Of a DNA stretch of 64,000 nt, positions 46,500 to 59,815 are shown piece by piece. Numbering within the stretch: the first letter of the stretch is position 1; each line of letters opens with the position of its first letter. The DNA is from Hydrolagus affinis (Eukaryota): positions 62,001 to 126,000 of the forward strand of contig JAAILG010000007.1 in the NCBI GenBank assembly GCA_012026655.1. Direction: 5' to 3'. The position numbers and the translations under genes are program-made. Below the pieces are notes generated by a model. It was not told the DNA's origin. It did no database searches and saw only the letters and a list, made by a program, of their open reading frames with translations.

Positions 46500-49427
46500 A
46501 ATTTTCTAGCTCTCTTACCATCTCTGCTGAAGAGGAGAGGGAAGATTTCTACAGCAGTGACCTTCACTTGATTGAAAAAACATTTGAACTCAAGCCCGAA
46601 TCTCAAGTTAAATCTAGCACTTTGAAGTTAAAAACTGATGCTACCACATCAAAAGCAGTCCCCGTATTCATTAAACAAATTTCCAACATTGAGGTATTTG
46701 TAGAGGATGTAGCCAAGTTCTCTGTCACTGTTACTGGAATTCCAAAACCCTCTATTCAGTGGTTTTACAACAGTGTAAAGTTGGCTCCTTCACCAAATTA
46801 CAAATTTGTGTACGATAAGAATGAGTATAGTTTAATTATTTCTTATACAAAACTTACTGATGAGGGAGAATATACTTGTTCAGCGAGTAATGTACATGGG
46901 GAGACTTCTTGCAGTGCCTATCTGAGGGTGAAATCAAAGGAAGGCACAGGAGGGATGAGAAAATCAGCTGCCAAACCTTTGGTAGTCCAAAAACAATACT
47001 CTAAATCGTATAAAGAATCCATAAGTGGTGATCAAGCTATAGAGTCCCGTTTATTCATGGTAAAATTGCCAGGTGACGCAGGGGCTGGATTACAGAAAGG
47101 CGATCAGTTGGTATATACAATAGCAACAGAAGATAAGCATTCGCTACACAGCGAACAAACAGGAGTGTTGTGTGACGTGACTCTCTCAGCTGCAGAATCA
47201 TCAGTAGCAAAGACTCAGATGGTAATGCATTCGCAGACTACACAAGAAAGTCATGGATTTATAGAGCAACACTATGAACCAATTCAAAGTCCAACTGTGG
47301 TTACGTTGCCGAGCACAGCAGTAGAGCAGCAGCCTCTTCTCACTCTGCCCACAGTTGAAGAATTGGTGGTAGAGAATATACAGTCAGTAGATATAGCAAT
47401 AGGAGCAAGATCATCGAGAGAGTTACTACAGCCATTGCTATTACCTGTTATTGGAAGCCAGAAAATATTACCAAAAGAATCAATATTAAAATCACATAAA
47501 TCTGAAATGCTACAGGCTTCGTGTACAAAGGATAACATTATGAAATCTGCGATGGTAACAGAGGAAAAACAGCAGCTTTCAGCTGAATACGCAGAAGCAA
47601 TAGTTGGCTTAGACAGAGCAACGGCAGTCAGGTCTGTGAAAGAGCAAAAGCAGCCTTTGCACCTGCAAGTAATTCACAAACAAGACACTCTGCCCAGAGA
47701 ATCGACTTTTACATTTGAAGTACCCGCAGAGGAGAAAGCTAAATTGAGGAAAAGCCCAACATTGCTGCATTCACTATTGTCCGATGAACAGCAATCCATA
47801 CCTGATGAATTCACCACTGAGTTACCCAGTGTAATGGATGCCGTCACCTGTAAATCTACAAAAGAACCTGCTTCTATAGTATTTCCTGTTGACGTAGAAA
47901 CTGGACACATTCTGCAAAAGGAAGACGTCATTCCCCTTGAAAAACCCGCTCCTCATACAGCAGCCTATAAACTGGAGAAAGTGTACACTTGTGCAGCAGT
48001 TGCAGAGAAACAACAAGAAATGCTAGCGGAGCAAACTGAAGCTCTTGAAAAGGAAGCTGAGAGTTTATATGCCAAGGTCAAAACCGAGCCTGTTCCCCAA
48101 ACCTGCCTCCAGTCAGTGACTCTACCAATGTTGCTGTCAAAGGAGAAGGGTTTTACCGTAGAAGCAAAAGAGCAGCGTGCAGTATTAAATAAAGTAGATG
48201 ACATAGTCAAGCAGTTCAGTACCACAGTGGAGAGTAAGGTCCTGCGAGATGATTTTGCCGGCACTTTTATGACCACAACTGCAACAACCTGCAAGGATAA
48301 CTATGAACCCAAATTGCTTTCAGTTTCTATACAGGTTGAGGAAAAGGCTCTTTCGATGGAGAGCACAAGCAGCTTAGAGGCGGCAGAGCAAGACTCTGCG
48401 GTTAGAATCCAGGAGGGCCAGTCAGTAAGAATTCCTTTGTTGCTTCACGAGAAACAGCTTTTTAAAGAGGAACATTCTTCGGCTATCGAGAAGTCAGGTG
48501 AAACCTCCTTAAAGGTAGTGAAACAGTCACAGCAAAAACTGGAAGCTCATGTTATAGAAGAGAGTGATATATTTCCAAAAGAACTCCCATTTGTGGTCCA
48601 AACACCTGACACAGTCACTTTGGATATAAACATACAGATAAAGAAAGCACTGCAAGCTGCATTAGCAAGTGAACAGTGTGTTCTTTCTTCAGAATTGCTG
48701 GGCAGTATAGACGAGGTGGAGGTTAAGGAGATAAAAATTCAGAAAGAACCTCGGTGCACTTTGTATACCTATCAGATTACTAACACCTGTCCTCCTATAG
48801 AAGTGACTCTAGCCTTTGAAGGGGAATATCCCCAGAAAGCTGATCTGAGAGAGGAATTGAGAGCGGCGTTGCATGCCATTATTCATCAAGAACAACCCAT
48901 CCTAATGAAAGAGAAGGCATTGCTGGCCTGTCTGAGTAAAGAGGCTCAGGCAGTGACAGAACCAGATGCCCTTACGCACACTTCAATTGTATCAGATAAG
49001 TCTGTGTTAAGTGAGTCAACTTTCACTGTGTCTCAGAAAACAGAATTGCTGATAACCACTGAAGCAGAGGGTTTTGTTACGGTACAACAGCCAACAGCGA
49101 CCCTCAAAAAAGAGAAAGTCCTAGACAAAGCTAGAAAGAGAGTAGCCCAAACTCCACCAGTCATCACTAAAGGGCTATCGGATATGGAAATAGATGAAGA
49201 TAGCGAAGTAATATTTAGCACAGTGATAACAAAAGTTCAAAAGGTAAATTGGTACATCAATGCCAGGCAAATTACTTCCAAAAAAGAGTTCAAATGTTTG
49301 CAAGAAGGTGACACTTACTCACTTATAATCGACAAAGTATGCAAAGAGGAACATCAAGGAGAATATGTCTGTGAGGCACTGAATGAAGCTGGAAAAGCAA
49401 CTACTTCTGCAAAACTTATTATAAGAG
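46500..49427 (+). CDS. ttn: titin N2B (exon 49) cardiac element
   Basis: EFSSSLTISAEEE...PVFIKQISNIEV...YKFVYD (I24); MKSAMVTEEKQQLS; PPVITKGL...HQGEYVCEALNEAGK (I26); 2928 nt. Confidence 0.92.
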
Positions 49428-50639
49428 GTTGGATTATGGGGATAACATTCTTCTTTAATGTTAATTATGAAACCAAATGTAATCAGACTAATCACATAGT
49501 TAACCTGTAATACTTAATGGTAGATTCTTGTTCTAATAGATCAACATAACTAAACTCTGTTAGTTATCTATTTCCCTCTTTCTGTTGCTCTTTTATTTTG
49601 CCCACAAAATATACAGTCAATTCACTTTACAGTATATTCTGTGAAGTTCTTTGAGATGCCTCGAAGACTTGATAAGGCGCTCTACCAACTGCAAGGATTA
49701 CTATTTATTACTATTTCACTTTTTACTTATTTGCTCTAATTTAATCAAACATAAATTAAAAGTTTTTTTTAAAAAAACAGTTCTGCTTTAAAATTTAATT
49801 TCTAGTAATCTGTACAAAATACAATCAACCCAAATAGGGTCACATCAGTTAATATCACAATCATTTTTATCAAAAGGCTTAAAAGTTCAATTTTCACCTC
49901 ATTTTATTTCATACGGTAGAGGATTAAATATATAACAATTACTTCTGATCGATATCAAGTCCTGATTATCTGATGTGATCGTAGCATGCTTTTCATGTGG
50001 ATCATTTTAAACATTCGATTTTGAATAATAAATGATAAAAATAATTGAAAATAATCAACGGATAAAAGCTTTGAATTCTATGCTGTTTTAAAACTTACCA
50101 TGTTATTCTCTGTGGTTTACTTGCAGTCTAACAATTTCCACTAACCTGATTCAGCCACATGTTTGAAGTTTCAACTAATATAATTTGTAATAATTTCACC
50201 TCCCCATATTCCACATTTAAGGAATTGATCACTTTCTGAATAGATCATGATCACCACTTTGTCATCACATAAAGGCAACTGATTGATGTATTTCTTCCTA
50301 AACCTTTATCACCTTTTATCATTCATTTTTTTCTAGGAAGTATAGATGCATCAAGATGCCTTGCATGTTTCTAGAATCTAGAGGCATCACACCCACATGT
50401 CAATCATTCTTGAATTCCATTGAAATGTCACCGTTTGTTACATTGGACATGATCACTGGTTTGCTAACATCTTTTCACGTTCATTTCTTCTCCACAGTCA
50501 CTCCTTGGATTGTTAGTTTCTGTCACCCTTCACCATTGGTCTTTTTAGGTGGTCACACCTACACCTAATCCTTGTGATTGTTACAAAACAAAAGTTTGCT
50601 GATACAGTGCTCTAATAATCTTTGTATTTGCACCTGCAG

Positions 50640-50918
50640 TGCCTCCATCCTTCAAGAGGAAGTTTGAATCAGTGCAAGTGACACTGGGACAGATTGCTGA
50701 GTTTCACTGTGAGGTTCAACCGGTCTCCGATGTGAGATTCCAGTGGTTTCGAGCAACATCTGAACTTCGCGATAGTGAAAAGTACTCCATTGTTACCGAG
50801 AAGTATATCTCCACCTTGAAGCTTTTGAAGCCCCAACTGATCGACTGTGGTGAATATACCTGCACAGCATCAAACCAAAGTGGCAGTGTAAGCAGTAGTG
50901 CTAAATTGCTTGTGACTG
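50640..50918 (+). CDS. ttn: titin exon 50 (I27)
   Basis: PPSFKRKFESVQVTLGQIAEFHCEVQPVSDVRFQWF; 279 nt. Confidence 0.93.
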
Positions 50919-51718
50919 GTAAGTGCATTCTCCCAAACCCTAATTGTCATATTCCATTTATTGTTGTAGCGGGCTTCTTCGGTGGATGGCTTTAGAAAAA
51001 AAAGCTTCTCTTATTTCTTTTACTCAATGTGTGCATCTAGAATGACTCTTCCATTCCTAAAAATAACAGGCGCTTTGGCGTGTTTTACTGTTAAAATAGT
51101 ACTGCATAAATAAGGAAAATGTTTCTTTGCAAAGGTATTTTGTGATTCATTGAGCCGACTCACCACCTTTAAGGCTTTGCTCATTTTTCATATGTATTAT
51201 GACAAGTAAAACCGGCACGTTTCACTGATAAAATAACGTCTATCCAAAGAATTATTGCCTTTTCAGCAAATGAATAGGTGGCTAAGGCTATTTTACGATC
51301 ACTATGTAACAGACTATTTTGATGTAATTTACATCAACCTCTCTGAACTGTGATTTTAAACAATACAAAGATTCATAATCTTCTGCATGTTTTTAAATCA
51401 CCTTTGTATGGCTAGTGCAAAGTGCCTGAATGCACAGTGAATAGTAGCAATGCTATTCCAGAACTTTGATGATCAAGTCAATTTTCTCACCAAACAATCG
51501 GTTCTTAAAATTAAGTTGCTTTCAATTATTTCAGTTGGGACTGCCTGAATGGTGGCTATGGATGTATTGTGCACCCTCTTTTCTTCAAATTCTTTGGGTC
51601 TCTCTCTTTGTCTTTATCTTTTAAGTAAATCAGGGTGACATAGCAGTCTTAGTAGTCTGCTTTCTTAGACATTAAGTGATATAAATTGGAAGTCTAACCC
51701 AAGATGTTTATTTTGTAG

Positions 51719-52282
51719 AACTCTTACCGCCAAGCTTTGTAACTAGACCAGATCCAGTTACAACATTTGTGGGTAAACTTGCAAAATTTCAGTGTGTTGT
51801 AACTGGATCCCCTGTGATCCACACCGTTTGGCAGAAGAACGGAGTTGACATCATTCAGGAAGAAAATTGCAAGATTTCATCCAAAGAAAACAAACGCATT
51901 CTGGAAATTAGTCATTTGAAGTTGGAAGACAAGGGCGATTACTCTTGTAAGGTGACCAATCACTGTGGCACTGATATCTGCAGTGCTCATCTGACAGTAG
52001 TTGACATACCACATTTCATTAGGAGTCTCAAAGCCATCAAGACAACAGTTAACAGCAATGTGCGTCTTGAATGCCAAGTGGATGAAGACACAGGAGTCAA
52101 GGTTGCTTGGAAGAGAGATGAAGAAACCCTTCGACCAGGCAAAGATTATAGAATGACTTTTGAAGACAAAGTAGCAGTTTTGGAAATCCTGAAAAGCAAG
52201 CTAAAAGATACAGGAAATTATATGTGCACAGCTTCAAATGAAGCTGGAAGTACCTTCTGCTCAGCATTAGTCACAGTAAAAG
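51719..52282 (+). CDS. ttn: titin exon 51 (two Ig domains)
   Basis: LLPPSFVTRP...VGKLAKFQC...VRLECQVDEDTGVKVAW; 564 nt. Confidence 0.94.
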
Positions 52283-55161
52283 GTAAGATTTCCTGTACTG
52301 ATTAGTGGAAAAATTGTAAGCAAAACCTGGTAGTTACTGCAGATGGGCTGCTAAAGATGTTGGTAATAATAACATATTTTAATACAGATCAGTCAGCCAG
52401 TGATTCAGGTTAGTGAAAATGGAAAATAAATTATCATACGATTAACATAGTTTCTTAATCTTAAAGTTTACATTCCTTTCAATGTAAACAATTCAATTCA
52501 AAGAGGTTGATTGGACGCTGTGAAACAGGAAAAAAGACAATTCTTCTGGAAATCCTTAAATGTGTTGCTTTTCGTACTCTTACTCATTTAGAGTCTTTAA
52601 ATCATCCCTTTTTACCCCCAAAATTAATGCAATTTCCATTTATATAGAATTTGGGGATTTTCCTCACTCAGCTCCCGATAATTCCCCAAGCTAAAGCCCA
52701 AACTCACAATTTTATGGTGCATGCATTGTATTATACGTTGTTTAACTGATTCACAGGCAACAAATAATCTTACTATTACTGTACTATGTTTCTTTAAAGC
52801 ACTTGTAATCCTTAAAATATCATATTTTTGCTATATTTTAACAACCGATGGAGAGAAGCAAGGTCGTGAAGCCTAAGATTTCAATGCCAATTGAATCAAT
52901 GGAGTTTATACTGAAGACTTGGAAACCAAGCACTTGGGTTCACACTGGGATGATTTATCCAGTTTGAATCAGATTCCCTGGGGAAGCAATGGGGCTTCAT
53001 AATTACAGTATTAACGGCTGAATTCTTTAACAGCCATATCTTTTACACATCTTTACATAAGGATCGTTCTCTTCTCATTGTTTCACCATATCTTATGTGT
53101 ATTATTATTATATTGTGTTTATTGTTTTTTTTAGAAAAGTATATTCCTTTTGCAGTAACAAAAAAATAGCAAACTGGTCGTGGACAAGGGATTTTCCCCA
53201 CTTGGTTCCTGATAATCCTGCAACCCAAAGTCCAAATGAATAGGGTGCTGTTATCTGGATAAGCAGTGGGAAGCTTGCCAGGCAAACTGCAACAACAGCT
53301 TGCACTTATATAGCGTCCTCCATGCAGGGTAGCGTCTTAGAGTGCTCAGAAGCTATGTGGTTTTCACTGGTTGAACCCCAGCAGATACTACAATGCACAT
53401 TCAGGGATCCTCAAGCCTTGACCCTTGAGAACCCGCACCTGACACTTCACTCCCGAGTAACGCAGGTGTGTCCCTTCAGGTAAAGAATGCACATCCCATT
53501 CCACATACAAAGAAGCATCCATGTATACACGTGGAACTTTAAGTGTGCTTTGGATGCTCTTAAGCATGGCGATGAGTGAACAGAAAAAAATATTTACTGT
53601 ACATAACTTTCATTATACTGTTGAATTTGTGATCCATGAGATTAGTTGTGCTTCTTTACAATTCAATAAATGTAAATCAATGCAATAGCTAATTATGTTG
53701 AACACTGTGAAATCTGATCAGTTTGGTTAAGCAGCCATTTGTCTTTTCAAAACAGTAATAACGCGAACAGGATTAGTTTGAGTAGGGATTTCCCCTAAAG
53801 CATACACAAGTTGGATGGTGTTATGGTCAGGCCCAGAGTTTTGTACGCAGTTCTAGTCGCTACAACAGAAAGGAACTTCCCAGGCCCTAGACACAGTGCA
53901 GAGGAGAGCAACATCGATAATCTCCAATGTTGGAACGATAAGCATAGAGCAATAATTAGGCAAACAAGGCTCTAAGAATCTTACAGGTGATGCAGACGGG
54001 GCTCACAGAGATAAGCTTTTACATGGGATTGAGAAAGTAAACTCTGAGGATATGATTAAAGCAGAAAGCATTAAAAGGAAACTTGATGCGTACACAGAAG
54101 GGAATAGAGGAGTATGGGAGAGGAAACGAGGAGAGCTGTAAACCCAGGCATAGGCAAAGGACCTGTTTTTGTAATGTAACAGTTTAAATATATGTAAGAA
54201 TACTTTTGAACGCACCAAGATAACAGAACAGGTTTAGGGTAGCCACGAGCAATTTCAGGACAGACACCGGGAAGTGTTTCTTTACCTAAAGAGTAAAACA
54301 TGATTGTAAGGGTTTGTTAGTAAGAGTGGTTGAGTGGACTCATTTAAATTGTTTGATGCTGTGAATGGGAGAATGGTAGGGAAGATATTCTGGAAGGATA
54401 AAGAAGACTCTTCTTCATGTGAATCTTTCATGCGATCTTATGAAACAGTATTTCTCAAAACCAGAAAGGTTTTAGATCGACTACCAACAAGTTTTAATTT
54501 GGTTGCATGTGATTTTTGATCTATATTCTAGAATAAAGTGCTGTCCATAGATATAATGGTTCATTAGTGCTTTGTATCTGACAATTGCCCTTTTAAATAT
54601 CTAATAGATGCTATGTTTTTCATCAGCAAAATTTGTAATTTATTAATTGTGTGACTTTTTGATAAAATTTGACAAGTTCCCAAATCCATTAGCAAAGCCC
54701 CAGCTATTTAAATTCAGGCCTATGAATGATATTGTTTTCAAATATAACCATGTATAATAATTAACAATCATTACATTTGATATAGTGCCTTTCACATCGG
54801 GAGGACTTCTAAAGCATTGTACAGGATACACGATACAGTGCACTGACTGTGTATTTTGTAGGAAACCATAGATAAAAGTGATGTCATGTAATGTCACCTG
54901 ATTGATACTAAAGTACCATTAATTGTTCCTTAAATGGAAATACAAAAACAAATTTCCATTTATAGAATGCCTTTCACATCAGGAGGACGTCCCAAGGCGC
55001 TGGATTTGGATTATAATTTAGATGATATGCATTTAGTATATGTAAGGCTCTTCTTATTATTGATGTTCAGTACTTTTTTTGCTCACTCGCGTTACTTTTG
55101 TCTTTTTAGATACTTATTTTCATTAGAATCTCTTATAATGTTTCTTAAAACCTTTCTTTAG

Positions 55162-55443
55162 AACCTCCTTCCTTCGTGAAGAAGCCAGAACCAATTCTGC
55201 TATTGAAACAAGGCGATTCCATACACTTGCAATGCAAAATAAAGGGCTCGCCTGAAATCAATGTGATCTGGTACAAGAACAATAACATCCTCAGTCCTTC
55301 GGAAAAATGCAGCACATCGTTTATCGATTCGATGGCTATCCTCGATATAGCTGATCTGACTATCGAGGATGGCGGGGATTATGTTTGCGAAGCACAAAAC
55401 GAAGCTGGTACTGACAGCTGCAACTGTGTCATTACAATCAAAG
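55162..55443 (+). CDS. ttn: titin exon 52 (6-Ig super-repeat 1, position 1)
   Basis: EPPSFVKKPEP; 282 nt. Confidence 0.95.
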
Positions 55444-55581
55444 GTCTGTAAGATCTCTCTTCGGGTGATATCAATTCAATTCTCGGCGACATTTATGTCG
55501 CTTTCTTCTTTAATCTTTTACAATAGATCAGTGGTTCAAAATTGACCGAGTCTGAGTTTGCCTTTATGTGTTCCTTTATAG

Positions 55582-55860
55582 AACCTCCTTCTTTTAGCAA
55601 GGAAGTTGAACAAGCTGAGGTAGTCAAAGGACTCAATCACACTCTTCAATGCGAGTTGCTCGGTACACCTCCCTTTGAAGTTACCTGGCACAAAGACAAA
55701 AAGCAGGTTCGAAGCAGTAAGAAATACAGAATGATCTGCCAGAACACTCGGGCTTCCCTGCACATTAGTTCCTTCGAGTTCTCAGATGTTGGTGATTATC
55801 AGTGCACCGTTTCTAATGAAGTAGGAAAATGTTCATGTGGGGCTTCAGTAAAGCTAAAAG
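55582..55860 (+). CDS. ttn: titin exon 53 (super-repeat 1, position 2)
   Basis: EPPSFSKEVEQ...KQVRSSKKY; 279 nt. Confidence 0.95.
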
Positions 55861-56023
55861 GTTAGTCACGTTGTTTTTTATTACAAAGTGCTTCTTAGAA
55901 AAAAATTCGAAATTACTTTTATCTGTTGCCATAACGAGATGCTTATGAATTTTCCATTGGCCATATCAATGGATACAACAAAACCAGATTGTCATCTGTA
56001 CATGTTTGTTCATTCCAACTTAG

Positions 56024-56302
56024 AACCCCCTATGTTTACGAGGAAGATTGAAAACGTCACTTCACTTTTGGAGAGCGTTGCTGTGTTTCAATGCACCGTG
56101 AAGGGTTCAGCTCCTATCACTCTTACTTGGGTAAAAGATAAAAATATTGTCACCCAAAGCGATAATATCAAAATGACTTTTGAGGACAATATTGGGACGC
56201 TTCAAATTGCTGCTGTTGAAATGAAAAATAGTGGGAAGTACTCCTGTGAGATCGAAAATGAAGCTGGAAGTCAGAAATGCCTTGCAATACTGACTGTGAA
56301 AG
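56024..56302 (+). CDS. ttn: titin exon 54 (super-repeat 1, position 3)
   Basis: EPPMFTRKIENVTSLL; 279 nt. Confidence 0.95.
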
Positions 56303-56410
56303 GTCAGTTTAGCCACGTACAACACGTTCATTCACGAATCCTTCTTTATAGAACGGTGAAGCCTTAAACTGGTAAGTTCTCTTAATGGTATCCATTTGAT
56401 TTTGTCACAG

Positions 56411-56689
56411 AACCTGCAAAAATCATAGAGAAAGCAGAGCCCATCAGTGTGACTGCAGGGGACCCAGCAACTCTGGAGTTCATTATAGCTGGTACACCAG
56501 AACTCAAAGCTAAATGGTTCAAGGATGGCAATGAGTTATTATCTCCAAGGAAATATAAGACCATTCTTACAGACAAGGTGGCAAGCCTAAAGATATTCTC
56601 CGTAGAAAGAGGCGATAGCGGCAAATATTCTTTTGAAGTCAACAATGACGTGGGTAGTTGCAGTTGTGAAACATCTATCACTGTGCTGG
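56411..56689 (+). CDS. ttn: titin exon 55 (super-repeat 1, position 4)
   Basis: EPAKIIEKAEPISVTAGDPATLE; 279 nt. Confidence 0.95.
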
Positions 56690-56802
56690 GTTAGTATAAC
56701 ATTACACTATTGTCATTTCTATGTCATCTTTACTTATAAATGTAAGTACTGTACATCTTTAATTGGATTCCAATAACTCCATTACTTTGTTACTTTGGAC
56801 AG

Positions 56803-57090
56803 ATCGTATGATCGCTCCTTCATTCACTAAAAAACTCCGGAAGGAGTCAGGCATCTTGGGCGGTTCGTCACAACTGGAATGCAAATTCTCCGGTTCCATT
56901 CCCATCGTCACCTCTTGGTACAAAGACGAAAAAGAACTGTCGGTCAGTGATAAATACAAAATAACATGTCGCGACAATACCGCTAGTCTGGAGATTAGTC
57001 ACCTGGAGCTTTCAGACGGTGGAACCTATTCCTGCAAAGCTACAAATCCTGCGGGGAAGGATGAATGCAGTGGGGTTTTAACTGTCCAAG
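56803..57090 (+). CDS. ttn: titin exon 56 (super-repeat 1, position 5)
   Basis: DRMIAPSFTKKL; 288 nt. Confidence 0.95.
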
Positions 57091-57429
57091 GTTTGAATCA
57101 TTCATTTCCAATTAATTTGATGCTGCTCACATTATTTTGTTTCTCCTCTCGTTTTAAAGCTTTATCAAATCTATTCCGTGCTTATATGTACATTTTTTAA
57201 ACATACGTATGTTTTTTAAAATGTAGAAACATATATATGTTTTTTCATTAATAACTAACTTGTTCATATAGTGCCCATTTGTTGTTGCACTTGCTTTCAC
57301 ATAAATTCTGGGCAAAACACAACGACAACTTGCCTTTATTTATCCCTCAAACAGGGTTAATGGCAAAAAACTTGCTTGCCCCATTTTCATTTATGATTGA
57401 CTTGCTTTTTTTTTCTGAATGCCTTTTAG

Positions 57430-57708
57430 AGCCTCCAAGTTTCCTTGTCAAACCAATATCGGAGCAAGTAGTACCTACTTCATCAGTGAAGTTCAAGGCT
57501 GTCATCGATGGAACGCCTCCGTTTACAATAAAATGGATCAAGGGGAACACAGAGCTGGTGACTGGCGGTAGCTGCTTCATCATGAAGGACAATACCTCGA
57601 CTTTCCTTGAACTTGTTTCGGTGAAACCTTCTGACATGGGTGACTACACTTGCGAAATCAGCAACGATGCAGGGACAATTTCAAGTACAGCAAATCTTTT
57701 TGTGAAAG
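57430..57708 (+). CDS. ttn: titin exon 57 (super-repeat 1, position 6)
   Basis: EPPSFLVKPISEQVVP; 279 nt. Confidence 0.95.
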
Positions 57709-57964
57709 GTGCGATTTTATGTTACAATTCTTAAGAGAGCTATAGTTTCTAACTTTCCTTTCGCTATTCTCTACCTCTAGTTGTATCAAAGTTCCTCCAG
57801 TACTACAAGGTGCATATTTGTTTGCGTGTACATATATTTAACAGTTGAAATTATCAATCGCTATGAACAGGCATGAATCTTTTTGTCTTTGTTTTCGTCT
57901 GTGTCTTCTTTTATTTTCATGTGCCTTTTACGTGAATTATTCTTTGATATCTTGATTTTTATAG

Positions 57965-58246
57965 AACCCCCAGTGTTCCTCAGGAAACTGGAGTCATCAA
58001 AGTTACTGAAACTGGGTGATTCAGCACGATTTGAGTGTGAAGTGACTGGCACACCCGAAATTCGAGTTACCTGGTACAAGAATGACGAGAAGATTCAGGC
58101 TAGTGACAGATACAGGATGTCATTTGTTGACTCTGTACCAGTTCTTGAAATTCTTAACGCCACTGTGGAAGTCAGTGGTGAATACATTTGTGAAGCCCAG
58201 AATGAAGCTGGGAGCGAGAGTTGCAGTGTTACAGTAACAGTCAAAG
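57965..58246 (+). CDS. ttn: titin exon 58 (super-repeat 2, position 1)
   Basis: EPPVFLRKLESSKLLK; 282 nt. Confidence 0.95.
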
Positions 58247-58375
58247 GTCTGTCCATATTGTCTTTCTTTTAATGTTCCATAATCAGGAAACATCTCTCTG
58301 AGATGATGAATGCTTTTCTGGCCGTGAGTGTTACAGAACCCTCTTTGATTGAATTTATCGTGTGTTCCTTTGTAG

Positions 58376-58654
58376 AACCACCATCTTTCAGGAAAGAACT
58401 TGAAAGTCTTGAGGTGCTGAAAGCCTCTGAAGTCATTCTTGAGTGTCAAGTGGCTGGTACAGCCCCGTATGATGTCACGTGGTTCAAGGACGATAAACAA
58501 ATCCGACCAAGCAAAAGGTTTAAGACAATCTGTCAAAACTCTTCCATTAGGTTGCATGTTCTTTCATTCGACACTTTAGATGCCGGTGAATACCATTGCA
58601 AGGTATCTAACGAAATAGGAAGTTGTGAGTGCAGCTCTTCAGTGACATTGAAAG
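58376..58654 (+). CDS. ttn: titin exon 59 (super-repeat 2, position 2)
   Basis: EPPSFRKELESLEVLK; 279 nt. Confidence 0.95.
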
Positions 58655-58787
58655 GTTGGTGAAGACTTAACAAGTGCCTTTCTTTCCATTACAATACAAT
58701 TCTTGTTTCAGTATCGTAGCATGACTCTTTACTGGAATGGACCCATTGACAAAATCTCTTACTCTTGGTATTTTATTTCACACCCAG

Positions 58788-59066
58788 CGCCCCCGTCATT
58801 TGTTAAGAAGATCGACAATCTTTCCGTGCTCCTGGGAAGCTCGGCTGTGTTCCAGTGCTCTGTGAAAGGGTCCAGCCCAATTTGCATAGCCTGGCAAAAA
58901 GATAAAGACGATGTCAAAGAAGATGATAACATTAAAATCACTTTTGAGAAGAATGTAGCCACACTGCAGATTGCATGCGTTGAAAACCATCACAGTGGAA
59001 AGTTCCTCTGTGAGGCAAAGAATGCCGCAGGAAGCCAAAAGTGTGTTGCTGCTTTGGTAGTGAAAG
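58788..59066 (+). CDS. ttn: titin exon 60 (super-repeat 2, position 3)
   Basis: APPSFVKKIDNLSVLLG; 279 nt. Confidence 0.95.
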
Positions 59067-59309
59067 GTTGGTTCAGACATTATTAGATAAAGTGTGTTAT
59101 CTTTCAACTGTGGCAACCACTCTGAATGTAATAACAGTTATTTGTAACTGTACAGGGGGCGATTCAGTTTTAAATCATCCAAATGAAGTGCAATACTATC
59201 TGGAAGATTGTTACAGAAATCGACACAGGTTTACTGAGAACCATAAGCTTTTCTTTAATTTAAAAAACATCTAAAATGCAATGTAATTAAAAGTTGAGTT
59301 TGATGTTAA

Positions 59310-59815
59310 TGTGGGTGTCAGCCTGGCTCGTTCTTTGAGCCAAAAGGTTGTGGGTTCAAGCCTCAACAACAAAAATACACTTGTATAGCACCTTTCACGT
59401 CAGGAGGACGTCCCAAGGCGCTGAAAGCCTCAAGTCATGACTTTGAAATCCTATCATCTTGGCTGACACTCCAGCACAAGGCTGGGAAAGCATTGCATAG
59501 TTGCAAGAACCGTCCATCGATCAGACATTAAACTGAGGTCCTATCTACCTGCTCAGGTGGATGTTAAAGATCTTTTGGCATCAATTGAAAAGAGAAGGGG
59601 ATCTTCTCCCGGTGTCCTGATTCAAAAATCTCCAGATAATAAATTGGTCATTCACTTCACGGCTGCTTGTGGGACAATGCTGTGTGCAAATTGACTTCTG
59701 CATTTGCCTGCAAAATGTACTCAATGCACTTCACAGGAAGCCCTTCTTCAAGACATCTACCTGAAGTGAAATTGTCATGTGCATCATATCAAATGCAAGG
59801 AATGTTATTGTTATT
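59310..59815 (+). mobile_element. Deu-domain SINE with nested ~60-nt antisense L2-tail insertion
   Basis: B-box GGTTCAAG, Deu core (AACTGAGGTCCTATCT...CAGGTGGATGTTAAAGATC), AAATGCAAGG tail; insert 59367-59424. Confidence 0.7.

Noticed and set aside
52283-55161. Possible hidden exons in the 2.9-kb intron after exon 51
   Set aside because: No Ig-like frame with matching splice sites; contains only degraded repeat-like sequence
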